Assembly: GCA_032718475.1 (NCBI GenBank)
Contig: JAUCBJ010008883.1
Span: forward strand, 1 to 60,830
DNA: 60,830 bases
Direction: 5' to 3'
From: Nemertoderma westbladi
Taxonomy: Eukaryota; Animalia; Xenacoelomorpha
Shown: positions 51,284-60,830 of the stretch, piece after piece
How the letters are laid out: every line of letters starts with the position of its first letter
Position numbering within the stretch: the stretch's first letter is position 1
The notes under the pieces: model-generated
What the model was told of the DNA's origin: nothing
What the model saw: only the letters and a program-made list of their open reading frames with translations
The model's database searches: none
Program-made: the position numbers and the translations under genes

Positions 51284-54200
51284 GGGATTGTTTTTTGTTA
51301 TAACCCAAATATTCCTCAGAATAATTAGATCGCAAGTCAGCTTCACCTTCTGCTGAGATGACGTCATAGATATGTTTGATGGACAGGGGTTCTCCCCTGG
51401 CTTCTACACGCCGTTCTATCCCTCTTACCTTACGCCTATGTCGCACATCTAGTCGTCCCATTAAGGCTGTTAGAATGTCGGGTCTAGCGCCATAATGTTC
51501 ACAACCATAAACCGGTAAGATATTCATAGCCGATTTAATAGCATCAGCTAGTTTTACTAACTTTATGGGTGTAGTACATAAGCCCCCCTTTGTCAATTCA
51601 TCTACCACTGACCTGGCCATTTTGACATCTCCACCATAGGTGGTTACTAACCTGTCATAAGCCATCTGAAATGCATTATCATCTCCCATGAAAGTACTAA
51701 CCAGTTCCTTTGGTTCTCCCCGTTATAGTTGATATAAATATGAGAACTTTTCCTGGGATGTAAAATCTTGTGACGCCACACTAGTATCAATGTAGCTAAT
51801 AAAAATTCTCCAATGTTTGGATATCCCAGTGAAACATGGTGGTTGTTGCCTTGCTGTAAATTTTGACAACTCAGTCGCAATCGCATTTACTGGTGCTGGA
51901 TTTTCCACATCCACCCTAGGCGCTACAAAAGTGTGAGCAGTCTTGGACCTGGGTGTGATAGTTGGCGTTTTGCTGGGAGTGATTACCCTTGTTCGAATGC
52001 GCGGACTCTCCCCCACATAAACACCCTTATGGTTAATCGTTGGTTGACAATCCAATTCTTCTTCGGAATCAGTCCTGCAGTCTACAACTGGAGGTTTCAG
52101 TTTAGTCTCGGGGTGAACAGTCAGTTTCACGCCAGATAACTTGTTCTTTTCCATCTCTAGCTTGGCCCTCTCCATCTGCTCATGAACCTCCTTCACTGAC
52201 CATCTCACCTGCTCGAATTCCTGGCTAACTTGACCTTGAACGCGTTGCACTCGCTCCTGCACTCCGTCGACTCGCTCATGAACCCCCACGACACGATCCT
52301 GGACGCCATCCACCTGCTGTTGTACATCCAAGATCTGGTCCTGAACATGCCTGACCTCGTTGATCACCCCACGGTTGCTCTCTTGGATAGCATCCTTCAA
52401 TTGTTCTAATGAGATCTGAGGCTGGTTATTCGTTTCATTTGGAATATATTTCCCTTCACCTGGAGATTCATTCCATCTGCGAGGTTGCTCAACTTCCTTA
52501 GTCCTGAATTTTTCTTTGGACTCAACGTTGGATATTGGATTAGATGGCTCCGCTCCAATTGGTGATATAGGCTGGCAGGCCAAACATTTGCATCCCTGTG
52601 CGTGGTACGGACACAGGTGGTCGATATGTCGGTGATCACTCGGAACACCTAAATCTGTTTGCCATTTGTCATTTGGTGAATTCAGAACATTTTCTGTTAG
52701 GTTGTACATACCTGAACTCGCAAAAGGTGGAGCATTTCGCCGCCGATCTGACCCACCTCGAGGACGCCGCTCCACGATCACGCTAGGTGGGGAGTCATCC
52801 TCTGGCGGTACCCAACCTTTACCAGCAAATTGTCGATGGAAGGAATCGATGAAGTGAACCTTGGACTCCATTCCATGCTTGTCATGAGTTCGGTTGAAGC
52901 GTTCTACTGATGAAGCTACATGGTCAACCCCACTTAGTAGCGACTCCATTCGATTGCAGCGCCAAGTTGTTTGCGCCTCCTCAAGTTGGAGTGCTATACT
53001 CCGGTGGTTATCCTCTAGCTCTTCTGCTTTCCGTCGACGCTCATCATCCCTTAGTCGCTGTTGCTGTTGGAGCATAAGTTCCTCCTGTTTCTCATGCAGT
53101 TCAGCTTTCTTTAGTGCCAGTTCACGCTCCCTTACAATGCGCTGGTTCTCCTCTGCTATACACTGCATGCGAAGGTTTGACTCACTTTCAAGTTGTTTAC
53201 GTTCAATGGCTGCCAGTTTATCCTTCTTAACCCGCTCCGTTTCTGCCAAAAGCCGGAGTTGTTCTGCTTCCTCCTTATTGTGCTTAACTTCAGCGATGAC
53301 ACGCTCACGCTCGCGATCAGCAGAGAAGCGCTCCACTTCAGCTGCTACCCGTTCAGCTTCTAAGCGCGCAGTCTCACGCTGTGCTTCACGCTCAGCTTCC
53401 TCAAGTTCGATCATTAGAATACGTACATATGCTTCCTGCTCTCCTTTATTAGCCTCCTCTAATGCTGATACATCTGGCACCTCCTCAGTGATACTGAGGC
53501 GTGAAATATCTGTAGTTAGTTGCTTTAGCCCTACTTCAGCTAATTCAGTGCTCTTTCTAATCTCCTCTTCCTGATGAAACTGGAGTTGGATTTGCTTCGC
53601 TCGGTGGCCATCTTCGCTCAGCTGCTTCAGCGTCTCCAGCTGCAATGCTGTAACAGACTGTGAACTTACCGAGCTCGTTTGCTGATATCTCCTCCGACCT
53701 ACCTGTGAAGGGTTGCTATCTGCCTCTGCAATATTCTCTCTAGTTGGTAAAGGCAGCCCAGCAACTACAACTCCCCTTTTCCTAAAGTATTGTTCTAACT
53801 CCTGGAAATTCTGACACCATTTTACTAACTCAAACTCCTCAGAGTCAAAGGTGTCGGTGTCTACACCTTCTGTCAAACTACCTCGGTATTCCTGTCTAAG
53901 AGCATTTACATGCTTATTTAATCGCAAAAAGTTGTCCCTTATCACTTGTAACTTGTCATATAGGGATGTTAGTAACTTACCTTGTCTCCGCCTTTCAGCA
54001 ACTGTGACCAGTTCCTGCAGGTTAATGACCTGCTGTCTCAATGTCATGTTATATTTGTCAATTATTTCCCCTAGGTCAGCTGGATCGTAAGCTGATTGGT
54101 CTAGTAAAGTTGTCAGCCAGTTCGTCACTTTGGTTACCTTGCCCATGTAACCACCGGCACTCTTAGTAATAGCTGGACGCCTTAAGGAAGTGTCTGAATA

Positions 54201-54434
54201 GTCGCTACTGTCGGCGTCAGGAATTTCAACGTCAGGGTGCTGTGTGTCGATTAGTGTGTGAGCACCACCCTCCGCTATTAATCCTTCAGTGGCAACTACA
54301 CCTGCTGGTTGTGTGGCAGGCTCACTAATAGTCTCAGTGTCTGGTGTAACTGACACGTCAAGTTGCTGACTGAGTCCATCAGCTGTCTCGAAATCGTCCG
54401 TTACCGGAACGTCTGTCTGGGATGTCTGACTCAT
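51284..54434 (-). pseudogene. gag: Pao Gag (long coiled-coil N-terminus plus DUF1759-like core), frameshift near 51723
   Basis: 903-aa ORF ending PCFTG...W..F...EKFSYL, continued by AYDRLVTTYG in another frame. Confidence 0.88.
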
Positions 54435-55357
54435 TGTCAGGATAGGTGTGATTACTTAATTTATTTAAACAGTAGTCAAATTGACTAAATGATGTGCGGT
54501 ATATAATAAAATAGGTCAACTTATAAAATAGGTAAGCTATTTATTACCGCGATGGGAAATATTATAACAATATCGTGGGTTATATATATATTCTATATAT
54601 TTATAACTCAAAAAATATTCGAAATTTACCAACTTTCGAATTTCAAATTTACCGCGAAATATTGACTATCATAATAGGTTTTATGCTGTAATGTTTTTAA
54701 AATATATATATAATATAATTTATTTTAAATTTAAAAGGCCCCGCTAGGCATCAATGGAACTTTTCTGGGGAAATTGATGGTTTACAAAAACGCGTGCTTA
54801 CAAACACAAATTGTTGACACATTTGTGTTCAAAAAAAAAAATCGGGAAAGTATAATAACATCAAAGTCTGATATATACCGGTACGCCACTATATACCTAA
54901 TATATATATATATACAAACCAGCAGACTACCACAAAATTGATCTATAGATCTCACAAACACAGCTACTGACACTACGACCAACCTCGGACCCCTGAAGTC
55001 GCGTTTCTTCGAATGCCAAAGTAATCGTGGGTTGCGCGGACCACAAATGCACCGACGGATTCGGCGTCTCCGGGCTCCCGAACTCATTTGCAGTGACTTT
55101 ACCCGTACCTGTAAGTTGTATAGAGAAATCAGCGGTGGCCTGGCAGATTTACCCTACTGTAAATTACAAATTCTGTCCAAAATTGAAAGGCAAAATTAAA
55201 TTCAAATTCGCCACAACCTGAACACAAAACAGAAAATCGAACTCACGATTGCAAAGATCACTTTGTTCTAGAATTTTATCAGTCAAACTTTATCCAATTT
55301 TTTAACTTTCTAAAACTTTTATTTCAAAATTTTCTGAAAAATAAATTATTAAATAAT

Positions 55358-55371
55358 TTTGCATTTACTAC
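55358..55371 (-). promoter_or_regulatory. Atypical primer-binding site, complementary to the element's own LTR
   Basis: Minus strand GTAGTAAATGCAAA abuts the 5' LTR. It forms a perfect 14-bp inverted repeat with 56277-56290. Confidence 0.7.
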
Positions 55372-57134
55372 TGATAATTCCAACAGCAGCTAATCCGATA
55401 CTGTTGAAAATCCAAATGCAGCTACAGTTATTTGTGCTCAAATAGCACATATAACCCTGCTAAAATCCATACCGGTAATGATTGCAGAAAACACCCGCTA
55501 CAAAGGGAAATCTAAATATTTTAATTTGATAATTTTCTACAACTTTCTGGCAATAATGCGAGATACCCACTCGCTTAAATAATTTATTTTACAACAACCC
55601 AGTAATCCAGTTGGAATCCCGACTCGATCCGATCTGCAGTGTAATTCAAATAGTGGCGAGGTCCAAAACAATATTACATAATTTTATCCGAAAATATTCT
55701 AGAATGAAACTGTTTTTAGTTTTGCAATGTAAAAATGTATGTTTCTAGTAAGGGGGTTTTGGCATAGATAGATCAAAATAATGTTTATCACCCTTTGGCT
55801 TTTGTTTGACGCAAGTATCGTTGTTCATCAAGCAGCAGGTAAGGGAAAAAGGGTAAACCTTGGCTTCGCTATACAAATGTACCTGTAGGAATTGTGAAAT
55901 GGGTTAAAATGAGATGAGAAAATAAAATATGGTTCCGTGATGATAAAAACTTATTTTCGTTCACCTCCCAAGACTGTAGGTAACGATAGTAAGCCGAAAC
56001 TTGGTATATATATTAATTTCTCAACGCCAAGCTAATCCCACAACAAACCATCAGGGCATGAATGAATAAAGCAAAATAAAACCCAATGAACCCTCACAAA
56101 GAAGCTCACAAACTAGGGCGCTAATCCTGTAGTAACAATCAGGACGCACCTCCCGAACCTCCCTTATTTGGCTTAGCCTAATCACACCACACAATTTTTA
56201 GCTAGGCGCCTACACTTCACCACTTACCCCTGCTGCCCTGTTATCAGTCACAATTGACCTCATAACTTGACACCTGGTAGTAAATGCAAAGGGTAACAAA
56301 GTCAACTGTGCCCCTTTTTTGGGCCCCAAAATAAACGCCAAGCAAATAAATTACTGTAATGCGGTTAATCTCCCCTATTTTAAAAGAAATACAACGCTTA
56401 CTGCAGTGGCTGGCCTGGTACAATAGTTCAACTTCCCTGATTTTGTTAGCTAACGCATCTCAGACTTTCCCCCTTTCATGTTCCATAGGCCTGCGTCGGG
56501 CCTAGGTGATCCCTACTCCATATCACAGGGATTCACCGCCTTCAAGGTTGCAAGGTACGACAGCACGGTCTGCTGGTCTGTTCTGACGGTAGGCTCTGCA
56601 CAGCACTGACCGCGGACTATGTTTTAAAAGTCTGTATTGTTAATCAGCATATTGCAGAATATTAATAGGTATTACAAATTAATTAAATTTAAATTGTATA
56701 AGCAGTCAGGCAGCACCGGACCGGTACATATTCCAGTACAGCAGTACACAGGTACAGCAGCACGGTACAGAATTCAGAATTTTTGAGTTAAAGAGTACAA
56801 CTGTACAAGTATTGTGACTTATGCACATAGAATGAATCATATGCCCGCCTGGCCTAATGCAAGACTGGCGTCCAATAGAAATGTAGCAAATGGCACCTTT
56901 TTAAATATATTTTTGGTGGGTTGTTTAAATAATACTTTCCTAATGTTATTTGTAGGTATCGTTGCACACATTTTAGGTATATTATACAGTAGATTTTAGA
57001 TTTCTTACGACAATATGACTGACCATAATATATTATAAAATATCAAAATTTTTCTTGGTGCGTACCTAAAGATAACTAAGCTAATCTAATACCTTTCGAT
57101 AAGAATATTACAATGGCGTGTACTCTCGCCAACA
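55372..57134 (-). repeat. 5' LTR
   Basis: Direct repeat of 38566-40330. Minus strand TGTTGG...TTATCA. Confidence 0.95.
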
Positions 57135-57310
57135 ATATTTGTTATCAGCGCTAATCGTTTTGGCTTAGGTTTGGGTCTCATTGGGATACTAACATTCATT
57201 TCACTTCATCTTTATTTATTTTGACCTTTTGTTTGGGGTGAGTAAGCTTATATACCAAGTTTCAGCTACAGCATTATTCACAGTCCAGCAATAAATGTAT
57301 TTGGGGTATT

Positions 57311-57897
57311 TACTACTACTACTACTAAGTCGAGCGAACTCGGACAGTGGAAATGAGATCCTTCCAAGCTTCCCGATTCTCCATAGTTGTTGCAATTTCG
57401 TTTCTCCCAAGTTCAGTATCCCTTTCAAGTTGATCTATATATGTTGATATAGGTGGTATTGTACCATAAAACTCGGCATTTGTCATGTGTTGTCTCCAGC
57501 TGATGTTTAGGGCTGCCCGTAGTAGTCTTGTGTAGCAACCATCAATTCGTTGTTCAATTGATTTAGTCAGTGTCCAGTATGTGTCTCACCCCCGTATAAA
57601 AATACACTTTCCACTGTGGTTCGAAAGAACTTAGTCTTCAGGTGCCTGGGGAGATCTGATTTCCAGATGGTATCCATTGTTGATAGAACTACCCAAGCCT
57701 TTGCTTTCCTGACTTCTATGTCCTTTTTGATACTCTCTATCCATGATCCTAGGTACTGGAAGTCGTCAACCTTCCTTAGTTGATTATTATCAATGGTTGT
57801 CAAGTTTCCATCAACATTAAAAGTCATGAATTCGGTCTTGGTAGCATTTATATGCAATCTAACCTCCTTAGCAGCCCTCTCCACTTTATTCAGAATA
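57311..57897 (-). mobile_element. RTE LINE family B, 3' part with (TAG)n tail
   Basis: INATKTEFM, DDFQYLGSW and VESVFLYG motifs. Tail at 57311-57327. Confidence 0.85.
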
Positions 57898-58494
57898 CTA
57901 GTTTCAGAATATTCATATAAGAATATATATATATATATATATATAGAATATTAGTTTCAGAAAATTCAGAATAATATACAGAATTTGTTATAGCGGGAAT
58001 ATTTAGGATAAATTGTGTTTATATTTTGTTTGTTTACAAATTGTACTCGATACAACCCTTACTTATCGGCAGTTTAGTTTGCAGTATATGTGGTGGATAA
58101 GGGGCCATCACGCTAGTAAATTGTATTAATAAAGTTTATAATATTAGCAGGGATTCCTCACCAACTGGAGTTTCCTTGTTGAGCTTTATATAGACCGGTT
58201 TATTGTTTTGTTTTCTTTCGAAACTGATACGTATTGCGATAATTTTGATACGTATTCAACAAATATACTTAACGAAACGAACTATTAATATTTTCACCAT
58301 CATCGAGAATTATCTGTGTCAGTGTCCAAAGAAAGGGCCCTTAAGTTTAAAACGCCGTTTCTGTTTATCTCACATTTAGACAGATGTTGGTCAAAAAAAT
58401 CGATTTTCTTTTTATTATCTCATTATGTCCGAAATTTCATGGAGATTTCAAATATACAATTGGCTTCGTCATATCTTTTTTAGTTTCGATGCTA

Positions 58495-59944
58495 CAGGGT
58501 GATCCGAAAGTTTCTGACCCCCCAGTATAGTATATCTTACTAAAAGTAATGTTTTGGATAAACGAATAAAATTGTATATATTTCCAATGCACACAACCAA
58601 AGGGCATATATTTTTATATCAAAAAAGTTACAAATGATACCACCTGGGCCTAGAGTCCATCATCAATTAGCTAATACTTGGTGTTCCTTCCATTCTCCTT
58701 GATCACCTCATGGCTGAAATGACAGAGCAAGATCTGAAAGCCAGTTCTGATCCAGACCAACCCATGTCTCCTTAACTCTATCAATGAGCTGCTGACGATT
58801 ACGTGGTCTAGGTTCAATGAATATCGAATCCTGGAGATCTGCCCAGACATGCTCTATGGGATTAAGGTCAGGAGAATTACCCGGCCAAGTTTCCCATACC
58901 GCTCCAAAATTTCCGAACTTCGCCTTAATCTGAGCAATGGATTGTTTAGTTGTATGCGGTTTGGCACCATCCTGTTGAAGAATCCTTAATTCAGAGCGAG
59001 GAAATAACTTCTTATCATCCAAAGATCTATGATAAACTGGCAATATCTGTTCCCTATAATAGTGCTCCATCCACAGTTGTGTTCTGTGGGAGAATGTAAA
59101 GTTCAGACCGGCCATATCGGCTTATTCCTCCAGCCACCATAATTTTCAGTGGAAACTTAGGAACCACAATGGCTGGTATCGTCCCAGGATCACTTGTTCG
59201 AATTCTGCGATTCTGCTTGTTTGGCTTAGGGTTTAGAACAAATGGGGACTCATCTGTAAACAAAATATGGCTGAGCTTCATTCGTGCAGGACGAGAATTG
59301 TTAGCAAAGCCATCTTTGATCATCTTGTTCGCAAATGTCAAGCGATCATTGACATTCTTTGCCGACAGCATTGGTTTAACTGTCTGTTTATATGCTGTTT
59401 TACCCCACTCAGTTGATTTAACCATCCTCCGAACTGTAGTGGCACCAACGGACTTTCCTCTACTCTTGTAAAAATCGCTGAAGTTTATCTTCTTCGTCAT
59501 TTTCCGAATGCCAATGAACTGATCCTTAGTCATTTTCGTTATCTGTTTCTTTGAATCAGGTGTCATTTTCGTTGGTCTTTCAGAGCGTTTAAAGTCTTTA
59601 ATTGTTCCAAAATTTGTTCTGACCCACTTTCTAACAGTGTTAACCGAAATTTTGAGATCCCTAGAAATTTTCTTTATCCCATCTCCACGTAAAGATAAAG
59701 TTTGAATTTCAATCCTCTTTTTCTCACGATTAGTTAGTGCCATACTGTTGTTATGAGCTGAAGCAATGACCAAAATTGTGAACCAAAAGTGCAGTACTGC
59801 AGTAGGCTACTTAAACTTCCATAACCTACAACTGTGCACCTACAACTGTCTACTCTGCTTGTTTACTAGAACTACAAAACTATAAGTATAGCAAGGGTCC
59901 GAAAGGTTTCTGACCCCTGGGTCAGAAACTTTTGGATCACCCTG
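58495..59944 (-). mobile_element. Tc1-family DNA transposon, 1450 bp
   Basis: TA TSD, 26-bp TIR CAGGGTGATCC(G/A)AAAGTTTCTGACCC, internal transposase. Confidence 0.95.
58671..59743 (-). pseudogene. Tc1-like DDE transposase (DD38E spacing), two frameshifts
   Basis: N-terminal HTH, LFTDES, LQQDGAKPH and WPGNSPDLNPIEHVW motifs; C-terminus ...GRNTKY*. Confidence 0.92.
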
Positions 59945-60830
59945 TATGTAGTGAAGAGTAAGGGACACACAAAAATTTCAATTTTCAGAAATCCGAAATA
60001 ATCACGTATAAGTTCTGATTCACAATCTACATAGGTTGTGTGGGGTGCCGAAAGCAATGACAATATTTATGAGGTGACTGAATGGACGGCTATATTATTT
60101 TTCGTTGGGTGCTAAATTTGAAATTTTGGTGCTGGCACCAAATTTTTGCACCCAGTGAAAATTGCAGTTCCATTAGTCTGTTTGTTTTTTACTTGGATCC
60201 GTTGAATTCCTTCTCACAGAAAACCTATAAATAAATGAAATTCATAATATTCAATGAAATTTCAAGAAATCGAAAATTTGACATTTTGGCACTGGCACCT
60301 ACATTTAGCACCCAGTGAAAAGTAGTAATTCGTTTTCCTTGTAGGATTATATTTAGTTCAGTTGAATTCGCCTCCCAAAAAAACCTAGAACATGCCAAAA
60401 TAGAGATCTATGAATGAAAATTGATTAAACCGATACAATTTAAATTTGAAATTCAATGTTGGCATGCATACCAGCTTCAATTTACTGAACTTTAAAACAT
60501 CGATTTACTCCACTTTGTTAATTTGCATATATGATGGATCTTGAAAACAAATTTTGTCATAACTTGGTCAAAAATGATCATAAAGATCCCAATTTGGAAT
60601 CAAAATGACCACCTTTTATAGGGGAATGAATACAATTCCACAATAAACAAAAATTCGATAATTTGAAATTAAGGGCCCTTTCTTTGGGACACTGACACAT
60701 CTCCTTATACTGTACATGTGTAATCTTCAGTCAACATCTAAATTATGTCCATCTGCATGTTCATTGTTCCATTGTAGACTGACTTATTCGGTTTAGTTTT
60801 TACGGTCGATTGCAACACAAGAGATTACTT

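Larger units (their letters stand above)
38566..57134 (-). mobile_element. Bel/Pao LTR retrotransposon, both LTRs present but defective, with nested insertions
   Basis: Two ~1.76 kb LTRs (TG...CA), TSD ATATT (38561-38565, 57135-57139), and gag-PR-RT-RH-IN order with Pao-type motifs. Confidence 0.97.
58316..60698. mobile_element. Non-autonomous TIR element with 4-bp TSD (Sola-like, tentative), host of the Tc1 insertion
   Basis: ~30-bp TIR GTGTCAGTGTCC(C)AAAGAAAGGGCCCTTAA and TSD ATCT (58312-58315, 60699-60702). Confidence 0.75.

Noticed and set aside
52894-53574. 226-aa Ser/Arg-rich + strand ORF
   Set aside because: Antisense shadow of the Gag coiled coil.

Overview
AT-rich eukaryotic DNA, most likely from an invertebrate animal, made almost entirely of nested transposable elements; I cannot support any host gene. 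From left to right the main contents are: (1) a ~10.9 kb foldback palindrome (4585-15510) whose arms are ~140-bp satellite arrays with a ~1.87 kb higher-order repeat, interrupted by a 2.1 kb solo LTR; (2) degraded CR1/Crack-like, L2 and RTE LINEs, including four young 5'-truncated copies of one RTE family; (3) TTAA-targeting Kolobok-like and piggyBac-like non-autonomous elements and HINE-like elements; (4) an 838-bp insertion with a 12-bp TSD, terminal redundancy and a type III hammerhead ribozyme fold; (5) an 18.6 kb defective Bel/Pao LTR retrotransposon on the minus strand (38566-57134, ATATT TSD); (6) a Tc1-family element with DD38E spacing nested in a 4-bp-TSD MITE. The most striking signal is in the Bel/Pao element. 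It has no tRNA-type PBS. Instead, the 14 nt abutting its 5' LTR are the exact complement of a 14-mer inside the LTR that begins 31 nt downstream of a TATA-like box, which is the geometry of Tf1-style self-primed reverse transcription. All alignments and counts were done by eye.
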